Below, one piece after another: positions 38,814-46,660 of a stretch of DNA of 64,000 nucleotides; the first letter of the stretch is position 1; each line of letters opens with the position of its first letter. Below the pieces are notes generated by a model that made no database searches, was not told the DNA's origin, and was given only the letters and a program-made list of their open reading frames with translations. Location: the IMG/VR virus record IMGVR_UViG_3300011116_000796, positions 1 to 64,000 of that record; one strand, written 5' to 3'. Source of the stretch: a virus. A program made the translations under genes and the position numbers.

Positions 38814-39401
38814 TCACTCCATCAAGTCTTCTAGATTTTGTTTGGTAGACTTGCGCTTTCTGCGCTTTTTCTTGATAATCTTACTCTCGGATGTACCTTC
38901 GAAATTCTTCACATCGTTATCACTCAACGAGAAGTAATCTGCATATGGATTTTCACTTCTCGGCTCTGAATCGGAGAACTTGCTGTCCTCAACCATACGA
39001 TTTCTGAACTTACCAGTTTTGTCGGAGTTTTCAAAGCACTTCATCTTCACAAAGAGTTGCTTCTTCTCTTTAGTAATTCGTCTGAGAAATGCGTAGTAGA
39101 TAATCTGTGTGAAGAATGCGAAAGGATTTCTAGACTTCTTCTCATCAAAATTGGCGGTATACATGATGCAGTTCTCTATACCGTCAGAGATCATTTCTTC
39201 CTTGAAGATGTAGTTGGCAAAGTTGGGCTTCTTTGCTAGATTATTGGCAATGTCGAGAAAGCATTGACCAATGTAGTTAGAAACACCTGGTGGTTTCTCG
39301 CCTACCTTTTTGGCTTTCTGATGGGCTTTCTTGTACTCAATAAGTTCCTCAAGGAACCTTTGGTTATCGATATAGTGGTTTTCTTTTTTGCGTTTAGCCA
39401 T
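38814..39401 (-). CDS. 55: Late-transcription sigma factor gp55
   Basis: HYIDN..F, YIGQCFLDIANNL..KPNF.NY, EMISDGIENC, NPFAFFTQIIYYAFLRRI.KEKKQ. Confidence 0.95.
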   Translation of the reverse strand: MAKRKKENHYIDNQRFLEELIEYKKAHQKAKKVGEKPPGVSNYIGQCFLDIANNLAKKPNFANYIFKEEMISDGIENCIMYTANFDEKKSRNPFAFFTQIIYYAFLRRITKEKKQLFVKMKCFENSDKTGKFRNRMVEDSKFSDSEPRSENPYADYFSLSDNDVKNFEGTSESKIIKKKRRKRKSTKQNLEDLME

Positions 39402-39416
39402 AATGTTATTGGTGGT

Positions 39417-39444
39417 AGTTTAACCCCAAAATCCACTTTGTAAA
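39417..39444 (-). promoter_or_regulatory. Sigma70-like promoter TTTACA-N16-TAAACT for gp55
   Basis: Read on the minus strand, 15 nt before the ATG; no SD. Confidence 0.55.
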
Positions 39445-39543
39445 GGGTGTAGTTTCAATGTTGAGAAAAATCTTTGGTAATTCATTGACTAGAACATAAA
39501 CTACCGTTTACCACTACTACATATCCTTGGGTAACAAGGAACC

Positions 39544-39617
39544 AGAGTACTTAAGTTACTAGAGTACTATATTACCCTATTGAGTAAGATATAGAGTACT
39601 AGAGTACTTATAGTACT
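39544..39617. repeat. Cluster of AGAGTACT/AGTACT repeats in non-coding DNA
   Basis: AGAGTACT at 39544, 39561, 39593, 39601 and AGTACT at 39612. Confidence 0.85.
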
Positions 39618-39984
39618 AGGCGAGTTCTTCGCCATCATCTTCCTCATCATCAAAGAAATCATCTTTCGCATCCTCAAGGTCTTCGTTGGCGTTGAAAAGG
39701 TCAAACTTGATCTTGGCATCATTGTAGTCCTTGAGAATATCGTTGTACGGATTGGAAACACAGACCACCACACTTTCGGGAACGATAAACATCTCGTCCT
39801 TTGAAAATTCGATCCAAGGTCTGAGAAACATCATAGGTTCACCTGGTTTGCCAGTTTTCGACATGGGTGCAACAAATGAGATCGACATAGGTCTTTCAAA
39901 TTGATACACAGAACCTGTCTTTGCGATTCCGCAAATGATAGTTTCATTGCTTGCAAGACGGACTACCCTGATGGGATACATCAT
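39616..39984 (-). CDS. Conserved hypothetical (Sm-like) protein between uvsW and gp55
   Basis: IRVVRLASNETIIC...PM...LRPWI.FS; acidic tail; conserved position. Confidence 0.7.
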   Translation of the reverse strand: MMYPIRVVRLASNETIICGIAKTGSVYQFERPMSISFVAPMSKTGKPGEPMMFLRPWIEFSKDEMFIVPESVVVCVSNPYNDILKDYNDAKIKFDLFNANEDLEDAKDDFFDDEEDDGEELA

Positions 39985-41504
39985 GTCTTTACCTTCCCGT
40001 AAACAGGTAACTTGACAATCTTGTATGGGAATCCTTCTTCGTCATACAACTTCATTCGTGATAGAAAGTGCTTGAATGTGTAGTTGACTTCATCTTCCCA
40101 ATGCAGATCATCTGCTATGTCATACAACTTTGCGATGTCTTTATTTTCCGACTTTCGAAGTTGTCTGCCAATGCTTTGTAGAATACGGATTCTGCTTTTC
40201 GAAGGGCTAGCAAAGATTAGGTTCTTCAGAGACTTGATGTTAATGCCTGTAGAGAATGTTCCATATGAAGCGACGATGATTGCATTATCTTCCTTCTCCA
40301 CAATGTGCCGAATTTCTTCACGGTCATCCACATCCGTTTCCCCTGCTACAAAGAACACTTTACGGTTCTCTATCTCAGTTGGTGCCATCTTGCGAATCAT
40401 CTCATACAAGGGTTTACCGTGCTTCTCAACATACTGAAACAGAACAAGAGTGTTTCCTTTAACTGATGTTGCTAGTTGAGAGATCATGAAATTGCGTTTC
40501 TCGCAGTTGACGATCCAATCGATTTCGTGCTGATAGTCAAGACCTCGTAAGGCTTCACGAATCTCCTGTGGATACTTGAACAATATGCATTCGATCTTTA
40601 GTGCTGTCAGCAATTCTCTTTCCATGAGTTGCTTCGTGGATACGACTTTGTTGACAGGTCCAAACAGACCTTCAATGCACAACTTGTGGATCTTTGTACC
40701 ATCAAGTGTTCCTGTGAGAGCAATTCGATATGGGCAATCCACTAACTTATTCATGATAGTTGTCAGAGACTGTGACTTGAACAAATGTGCTTCGTCGCCT
40801 ATCACTACTTCGAAATTATCAAACCAAGCCCGTGGCATTTTATGGATCGACTGCCATGTGGAAATCACTATCTGACGATCTGTGAGTTTAGTTGTGCCAC
40901 CATGAATTTTGTGGCAGTTTTTGTGAGTTACCCACCCTGAGTTCTTTGAGTAGTCATCAAAGTCCGCATACATCTGTGCAACAAGCGAGATAGTCGGAAC
41001 AACGATCAGCATCTTCCTTGAGGGATTGATTACATTTTGGTAGTACCGACATAGACTGTAAATGATCAGACTCTTTCCACTTGCAGTTGGTGATAGTAGA
41101 ACACAACGAGACTTATTGATAGCGTGGCAAAATGCGTCTACTTGGTGATCATGCGGATCAAGAGGTTGACCGCCTGCGGTAGGTTTGAGACTCTTGATGA
41201 AGTCTTTCGCCTTATCGCAGTTGATTTTGATTTCGGGACTTTCTAATAGCGAGTCCACTTCCATTGTGTATCCACGCTGCTGTGAAAACGCAGAAAGATA
41301 CTCGACCAAACCCGCAGGAAGAAGTCCCGAGTATGCATTGAAAAGACGGATTTTGCCGTCCCAGTATTTGTTTTTGAATGCGGGGGTAAACTTGGCACCC
41401 GGAACATCATAAGTGAAATAGTCTTGCAACTCATATGCGATTCCGTTGTCTGCAAGGACACGGATAAACGCAGAGTTTACATGACGAACACCTATCACAT
41501 TCAT
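39981..41504 (-). CDS. uvsW: RNA-DNA/DNA helicase UvsW
   Basis: WDGKIRLF, SPTASGKSLI, STWQS, GDEAH, TGT, ASYGTFSTGINI, QSIGR.LR. Confidence 0.95.
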   Translation of the reverse strand: MNVIGVRHVNSAFIRVLADNGIAYELQDYFTYDVPGAKFTPAFKNKYWDGKIRLFNAYSGLLPAGLVEYLSAFSQQRGYTMEVDSLLESPEIKINCDKAKDFIKSLKPTAGGQPLDPHDHQVDAFCHAINKSRCVLLSPTASGKSLIIYSLCRYYQNVINPSRKMLIVVPTISLVAQMYADFDDYSKNSGWVTHKNCHKIHGGTTKLTDRQIVISTWQSIHKMPRAWFDNFEVVIGDEAHLFKSQSLTTIMNKLVDCPYRIALTGTLDGTKIHKLCIEGLFGPVNKVVSTKQLMERELLTALKIECILFKYPQEIREALRGLDYQHEIDWIVNCEKRNFMISQLATSVKGNTLVLFQYVEKHGKPLYEMIRKMAPTEIENRKVFFVAGETDVDDREEIRHIVEKEDNAIIVASYGTFSTGINIKSLKNLIFASPSKSRIRILQSIGRQLRKSENKDIAKLYDIADDLHWEDEVNYTFKHFLSRMKLYDEEGFPYKIVKLPVYGKVKT

Positions 41505-41514
41505 TCATTCGTAT

Positions 41515-41952
41515 TTAGGTCACGCCAGACATGAACTTTCGCCATTCGATAGCATTACGAATGACCCATTGGCGATTGTTGATTCCCTTGAGAATAGAGT
41601 CTAGGTAATCAACTTTCTGTCTTTGCATGTCTAGTTTCGTTTGAATCTTCAGAAGGTCAACATCAGACTCAAGGTAGACATCCATATCTTGCCGAAGAAT
41701 CCTGTGATCAAACTGCTCCCAACCTAAAGCATTGAGTTCTTCTTTGGACATCTTACCTGAGTAATACTCCCACTTCTGCCGTCTAAGTACCTTGTAATCT
41801 GCTTCATACTTTCGAAGTACTAGAGACTCATCGTGGAAGATATTAAGGTACTTTCCGTGCAGTTGAGGTATTCTAACAGACTCATCTGCAAGTTCGGTGC
41901 CGTCCATTTTCAGGTCGGTTTCTGCCATTTCACGAATTCTTTCGATGTTCAT
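41515..41952 (-). CDS. uvsY: Recombination mediator UvsY
   Basis: ESVRIPQLHGKYL, KWEYYSGK, INNRQWVIRNAIEWRKF. Confidence 0.9.
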   Translation of the reverse strand: MNIERIREMAETDLKMDGTELADESVRIPQLHGKYLNIFHDESLVLRKYEADYKVLRRQKWEYYSGKMSKEELNALGWEQFDHRILRQDMDVYLESDVDLLKIQTKLDMQRQKVDYLDSILKGINNRQWVIRNAIEWRKFMSGVT

Positions 41953-41959
41953 TGCGTAG

Positions 41960-41987
41960 ATTGTATCTCCAAATCTTGAATTGTCAA
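41960..41987 (-). promoter_or_regulatory. Sigma70-type promoter TTGACA-N16-TACAAT, 7 nt before the uvsY ATG
   Basis: Read directly on the minus strand. Confidence 0.7.
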
Positions 41988-41998
41988 TACATAATGAT

Positions 41999-42568
41999 AT
42001 GAGAGTTTTGAGAGCCTATGGTATCGACTACTCAATGACATGTCCTGCTGTTGCACTTTATGACGGCGAGGAGTGGCACATTAGGTATCTGACCTATGTA
42101 AACAAGCATAGTAAATTCTACAAGTTCGAAACATCAATTGGAAGAATGGAAGTTGCTGGAGATTTGATCAAAGAGTATGTGACTCAACAAGAAAGATTCG
42201 ATTACATATCCGAATGGGCAATGTCGTGTATCGATGATCCTGATGCAAAGATAATGATCGAAGATTACGCAATGGGTGCCAAGGGGAAAGTATTTCACAT
42301 AGCCGAAAACTGTGGACTTCTGAAACATAAGTTGTGGCAAGAGGGATTTCAATTTGATGTGCTTGCACCAACTGCACTCAAAAAGTTTGCCACAGGTAAA
42401 GGCAACTCTGACAAAGATGCCATGCACACACAGTTCATTAAAGACACAGGGGTCGATCTCATGAAAGAGATGACCCCTAGTATCAAGAACTGCTCTAGTC
42501 CTGTTTCGGATGTTGTCGATGCATTCTATCTCGCTAGATATGCATGGAGTAAACTCTCAGCGAGTTAG
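41999..42568 (+). CDS. RuvC-like Holliday junction resolvase
   Basis: GIDYSMTCP, IEDYA, IAEN.G.LK, PTALKKFATGKGN.DK, SDVVDAF; ATG 41999 preferred over TTG 41981. Confidence 0.8.
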   Translation: MRVLRAYGIDYSMTCPAVALYDGEEWHIRYLTYVNKHSKFYKFETSIGRMEVAGDLIKEYVTQQERFDYISEWAMSCIDDPDAKIMIEDYAMGAKGKVFHIAENCGLLKHKLWQEGFQFDVLAPTALKKFATGKGNSDKDAMHTQFIKDTGVDLMKEMTPSIKNCSSPVSDVVDAFYLARYAWSKLSAS

Positions 42569-42994
42569 CGTCTGTGGGCGAAACAGATTTGGATAGGCTT
42601 TTTCGATCATTTCCTTGTCGATTCCGTAAGAGTATTTGAAAGATCCATCAAACATCGAACGGATCATATCAATTTCTTTCTTGCTGACGGATTCAAGGAT
42701 CTGAATGAGAATTTCGTCCTTTCGTTTCGAAGAAAGGTTGTACTCTTCCTTGAAGATATAGAGTCGCTTTGTCTCAGACCACAAAGACGAAGGTGCTAGG
42801 CCATCAGGACTACCATCTTCCGTGAAGTTAGGTAAAGTTTTTCGATACCAAGTCTGCCCATCAAATGCGTAACGCAACAATTCTTTGATTGCGACGGTAT
42901 TGTTTTGCTGTAGACCCCGAATCATGTCTTCAGGGTTCTTGGCCTTGGTCTTGATGTCAATTAGGATCTCTGGAATGGTAAAATTCGCTGGCAT
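42557..42994 (-). CDS. Conserved T4-like hypothetical protein downstream of RNase H
   Basis: IPEIL, LWSETKRLYIF, RKDEILIQILESV...E motif. Confidence 0.65.
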   Translation of the reverse strand: MPANFTIPEILIDIKTKAKNPEDMIRGLQQNNTVAIKELLRYAFDGQTWYRKTLPNFTEDGSPDGLAPSSLWSETKRLYIFKEEYNLSSKRKDEILIQILESVSKKEIDMIRSMFDGSFKYSYGIDKEMIEKAYPNLFRPQTLTR

Positions 42995-42997
42995 GGT

Positions 42998-43837
42998 TTA
43001 AAACTCCTGTAAGTGTTCAATAAGAAGCCGCATGTTGTTTTCCATCATGTACGGCAATATCTTTGCACGGGAACCGACAATTGGCTGATCGTATTCTTGC
43101 ATTATTGCAGATTGAATACGCTCGGGAATGCGAGAGAAATCGATCATGGTCTTGTTTCGCTCATAGTTACGAATCATATCATCTGTGCAGAATGTATTTA
43201 GCGGAACCCGAATCCAATCAACAAGTTTTTTCTCGTAAAGAGGCTTTTGTCGCTTACCGTCAATAAAAACGGAGTCATCTGAAAGGAAGTTGGGAACACC
43301 ATCTCCACTATCACCTTTCATGATGTGGCGCACAAGTTCTTCTCTAGGGTTCTCACAGACGATAAATTCTTTCGTTCGGGGACACCATTGCTTGATATTC
43401 GGACAAGTTTGTAGTTGGAAAAAGTCATGATCTGACGAGACAATCAAATGCTTCCCTTCAAGGTTCTTTGAAAGTACTGCAATAATATCATCGCCCTCGC
43501 ACGAATCTACCTCCATCAGTTTGTATGGAAAGATCTCCTTCATCTCTTTTTTGATCTGACGAAGAATGTCCCATAACTGATCCCAATTAATATCAGACTC
43601 TTCTCTGATCTTCTTTCGGTTGGCTTTGTACTGCGGGAAGATCTCCTTACGCCAAGCCCGTACACGGGAGTCATAACATAAGACAGGCTCACCGAATTCG
43701 TGTGAGAAACGAAGCCTGATCAACCGAATTGAGTTGACTACCATATGGCGGATTAGACCGATATCCATGCTCGGCTTGCCCTTGGATTCCGCCATCAGGT
43801 TGGCTATCGTGATTTGGTTCATGTCTAGCAAGATCAT
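42998..43837 (-). CDS. rnh: T4-type RNase H (5'-3' flap nuclease)
   Basis: MILLDMNQ start at 43837 (the ORF-track 43867 start lies in the promoter), WRKEIFPQYKANRK, EGDDIIA, SSDHDFFQL, GDSGDGVPN. Confidence 0.92.
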   Translation of the reverse strand: MILLDMNQITIANLMAESKGKPSMDIGLIRHMVVNSIRLIRLRFSHEFGEPVLCYDSRVRAWRKEIFPQYKANRKKIREESDINWDQLWDILRQIKKEMKEIFPYKLMEVDSCEGDDIIAVLSKNLEGKHLIVSSDHDFFQLQTCPNIKQWCPRTKEFIVCENPREELVRHIMKGDSGDGVPNFLSDDSVFIDGKRQKPLYEKKLVDWIRVPLNTFCTDDMIRNYERNKTMIDFSRIPERIQSAIMQEYDQPIVGSRAKILPYMMENNMRLLIEHLQEF

Positions 43838-43844
43838 ACCGTCG

Positions 43845-43904
43845 AGTATACAGTCAAATTTTTTCATGTCAAGACTTGACAGAACATAAAGGTAATGGTA
43901 TTAT
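43845..43904. promoter_or_regulatory. Back-to-back sigma70 promoters sharing the palindrome TGTCAA-GAC-TTGACA
   Basis: Minus: TTGACA(43872)-N16-TATACT, 7 nt before the rnh ATG; plus: TTGACA(43876)-N17-TATTAT with extended TG. Confidence 0.7.
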
Positions 43905-43958
43905 TGACGCAACGCCCAATTTGGATGTTGGGCTATTCGCATAGTTAGAGGCAGAAAA

Positions 43959-44189
43959 ATGAGCAAGAATACGCATGAAGGCGTTGAGCCGATGAAGGTG
44001 TACATCACTTCGATGGACAAGATGGCGACAGTTCGTAAGGTCGAGAATGACCCCATTTGGGGACCGCAGTACTTTGTTAGTACCTATTCCCGTGATTGGG
44101 GACCGGAGTTCTTTTGGGTCAAGGGTGACGATGCAACGGTCGTTGTGCGACCTGGACCTAACGAGAAAGGGCATTTGAGCGGTCTCTGA
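43959..44189 (+). CDS. Small hypothetical early protein
   Basis: GAGG SD, sigma70 promoter upstream. Confidence 0.6.
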   Translation: MSKNTHEGVEPMKVYITSMDKMATVRKVENDPIWGPQYFVSTYSRDWGPEFFWVKGDDATVVVRPGPNEKGHLSGL

Positions 44190-44224
44190 ATATTTTTATT
44201 CAGAGGCAACTAAATAGAGACACC

Positions 44225-44482
44225 ATGCCATTCTATGATTACATCTGTAGGGCTTGCAATCATGAGTTTGAGGAGATGCATCGCATCGCTGATCGCAAGA
44301 AGCCAACCAAGAAACCCTGTCCCAAGTGTAGTCAGAAGAAGGTAGAGCAAATCATCAAAGAGGCTCCATCTGCCTGCGACCCTATTCGGGTTGGCAGCGT
44401 AGGCAAGGTGGACAATGGATTCAGAGAAGTGATATCCAAAATCAAGAAAGCACACCCACGCCACAAAATGCGTGACTATTAA
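44225..44482 (+). CDS. FmdB-family zinc ribbon protein
   Basis: MPFYDYICRACNHEFE...PCPKC. Confidence 0.85.
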   Translation: MPFYDYICRACNHEFEEMHRIADRKKPTKKPCPKCSQKKVEQIIKEAPSACDPIRVGSVGKVDNGFREVISKIKKAHPRHKMRDY

Positions 44483-45166
44483 ATGAAGTTAAACTCTGTC
44501 GAATTAGAGGGTAAAGGTAGGTATTACCAATCCCCAAAAACACTTCGTTGGTATCCATCGGTTACCACCGTTGTTAATCATGAGATGGAGGACTTCTGGC
44601 GTGAGTGGAGAAAGAATCCACAGAACCTCGCTATTTCAAAGAAAGCACTAGCAAGAGGAAACAGATTACATCAGGTAATGGAAGACTATCTTGGTGACGA
44701 GAAAGTCATTCCAACTGATCCATTTGATCGAATGAAGTTTGATTTACTGAAACCTTGCTTGGACAAGATTGGCAAGATTCGTGCAATTGAAACTCCTATG
44801 TGGTCGGACAAGATCCTTCTTGCGGGAAGAGTGGACTGCATCGCAGAATACGACGGTAAGTTATCTGTTGTTGATTTCAAAACAGCAGGAAAAGACAAGA
44901 CCAAAGATCAGATTCTTAACTACTTTCATCAGACCACAGCATATTCATACATGTGGAATGAGACACATTCGAAAGAGGATACGATTGAAAGAGTTGTCAT
45001 TTTGATCGTGACTGATGATGGAACGATGCAGGAGTTTGTTGAAGATCCATCTGATTATCGAAAGTCAATGTTCAATGTCATCAAGACTTACTGGAATAAA
45101 TACTCGTTCAAAGATGTACAGGAGATAGCAAATGAAATTCATCAAGAAATTGTTCGGTCATCCTGA
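44483..45166 (+). CDS. PD-(D/E)XK exonuclease
   Basis: YPSVTTV, RGNRLH, AGRVDCIAEYDGKLSVVDFKT, Q.TAY..M. Confidence 0.85.
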   Translation: MKLNSVELEGKGRYYQSPKTLRWYPSVTTVVNHEMEDFWREWRKNPQNLAISKKALARGNRLHQVMEDYLGDEKVIPTDPFDRMKFDLLKPCLDKIGKIRAIETPMWSDKILLAGRVDCIAEYDGKLSVVDFKTAGKDKTKDQILNYFHQTTAYSYMWNETHSKEDTIERVVILIVTDDGTMQEFVEDPSDYRKSMFNVIKTYWNKYSFKDVQEIANEIHQEIVRSS

Positions 45167-45347
45167 ACCCCCTCCACCTCCTGCAAGGCTTGAAAAATAT
45201 CATTGTGTTCGTTTTATGACCGAGAAAGGTGAGCAACTTGGTCTATTACTGACACACGAAGAGTTTGAAAGAGCGGTTTTCCGTTGGGTTCAGAATATCG
45301 ACACTATGCCAATACAGGAAGATCCACAAGAGGAAGGAGGAATTTGA
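45132..45347 (+). CDS. Hypothetical protein
   Basis: AGGAG SD; in-operon ORF. Confidence 0.55.
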   Translation: MKFIKKLFGHPEPPPPPARLEKYHCVRFMTEKGEQLGLLLTHEEFERAVFRWVQNIDTMPIQEDPQEEGGI

Positions 45348-45587
45348 ATGGGATCAATTATGAATATTGACCATGACTTCTCAAAAGAAGTTGAGGAACT
45401 TACCCGATCAAGAAAAAGCGGAAAGTACATGGAATCGATCATCGATCTATGCGAGAAGTATGGTATTGAACCCGAGTCGGCTGCAAAGTTGCTATCGAAG
45501 CCGATTCGTGAGAAACTCAAGAGTGAGTTTGAAACATTGAATATGGTTCGTGGTAAACGAAAAACCACGAAGTTACCTCTTGACTGA
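45348..45587 (+). CDS. 33: Late transcription coactivator gp33
   Basis: FSKEVEEL...YMESIIDLCEKYGIEPESAAKLLSKPIREKL..E...LN. Confidence 0.85.
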   Translation: MGSIMNIDHDFSKEVEELTRSRKSGKYMESIIDLCEKYGIEPESAAKLLSKPIREKLKSEFETLNMVRGKRKTTKLPLD

Positions 45588-45607
45588 TAGCAGATCGTCG
45601 TTACAAT
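45580..45607 (+). promoter_or_regulatory. Sigma70-type promoter TTGACT-N16-TACAAT for gene 32
   Basis: Read directly. Confidence 0.65.
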
Positions 45608-45645
45608 TCACACACATCAACACACTTCAAATACAAGGAGATACA

Positions 45646-46566
45646 ATGTCATTTGCAAACCTAAAGAAAAACGCACAGAATGGCCTTGATCGGCTACAGA
45701 AGGAAATGGAGAAGCAGGGCGGCAAGGAAGGTGGATACCAAAAGGACGAACGCCTTTGGTCGCTTGAGCGTGATAAGAGCGGAAATGGAATGGCTGTGAT
45801 TCGCTTCCTTCCCGCCCCCGAGGGTGAGGACATTCCGATGGTTCGGGTGTTCAGCCACGGATTCCAAGGTAAAAGCGGTTGGTTCATTGAGAACTGCCCG
45901 ACTACCCTTGGTCGTAAGTGTCCTGTCTGCGAGGCCAACAACGAGTTGTGGAACAGCGGTATTGAAGACAACAAGAAGATTGCCCGTGACCGCAAGCGCA
46001 AGTTGTCGTATATCAGCAACATTCTTGTTGTTTCTGACCCCGCAAACCGAGACAACGAAGGAAAGGTCTTCCTCTTTAAGTACGGGAAGAAGATCTTTGA
46101 TAAGTTGCAGGAGGCCATGAATCCTTCTGATCCTGATGAGCCGAAGTTCAACCCATTTGACTTCTGGAAGGGGGCCAACTTCAAGTTGAAGGCTCACATG
46201 GATTCGGGTTATGTTTCCTATGAGAAGAGTGGTTTCTCTGCTCCTGCCCCTCTCTTCGAAGGCGACGATGCTAAGTTGGAATCATTGTGGAAGAAGGAAT
46301 ATGCCCTGAAGGAATTCGTGGCAGAGGATCAGTTCAAGTCATACGAAGAACTCTCGACTCGTTTCTCACAGGTCATGAAGATGTCTTCAGCGGCATCTGT
46401 GAAGGCTGAGGATGCCGAGCCTGAGGACTTCCGTACCAAGATGGGGAAGGCCAATCAGGTTGCCGAATCGGCTTCCAAGAAGGCTCCTGTGAAGAAGATT
46501 GTTGATGATGACGATGAGTCTGAGGCACTTTCCTACTTCCGCAAGTTAGCGGAAGACGATGAGTGA
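45646..46566 (+). CDS. 32: Single-stranded DNA-binding protein gp32
   Basis: MSFANLKK start after AAGGAG; DERLW, GNGMAVIRFLPA, H...ENCPTT...CPVCE zinc site, YGKKIFDK, NPFDFWKGANFKLK; acidic tail. Confidence 0.95.
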   Translation: MSFANLKKNAQNGLDRLQKEMEKQGGKEGGYQKDERLWSLERDKSGNGMAVIRFLPAPEGEDIPMVRVFSHGFQGKSGWFIENCPTTLGRKCPVCEANNELWNSGIEDNKKIARDRKRKLSYISNILVVSDPANRDNEGKVFLFKYGKKIFDKLQEAMNPSDPDEPKFNPFDFWKGANFKLKAHMDSGYVSYEKSGFSAPAPLFEGDDAKLESLWKKEYALKEFVAEDQFKSYEELSTRFSQVMKMSSAASVKAEDAEPEDFRTKMGKANQVAESASKKAPVKKIVDDDDESEALSYFRKLAEDDE

Positions 46567-46631
46567 GTGTGATTCACTCATTATAACACCTAAATAGGTG
46601 TAACCCCACCAGAGATAGCATCTCCGGTCCG

Positions 46632-46660
46632 ACAACCCCCGAAAGGGGGTTGTTTCTTTT
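46632..46660 (+). terminator. Intrinsic terminator
   Basis: ACAACCCCC-GAAA-GGGGGTTGT followed by TTCTTTT. Confidence 0.9.

Noticed and set aside
39544-39617. Mini-CRISPR array
   Set aside because: Repeats are only 6-8 bp with 0-24 bp irregular spacing; no cas genes.
43838-43867. N-terminal extension MKKFDCILDG of RNase H given by the ORF track
   Set aside because: It overlaps the TTGACA-N16-TATACT promoter; the family N-terminus begins at MILLD (43837).
44483-45166. Cas4/CRISPR adaptation gene
   Set aside because: Lacks the four-Cys Fe-S cluster pattern; it is the ordinary PD-(D/E)XK exonuclease found near gp33 in T4-like phages.
45627-46197. Two long antisense ORFs over gene 32
   Set aside because: Shadow ORFs from biased codon usage; no recognisable motifs or SD.
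46559-46660. tRNA or known riboswitch
   Set aside because: No cloverleaf, TTCGA T-loop or recognisable aptamer consensus; kept only as an unclassified structured RNA candidate.
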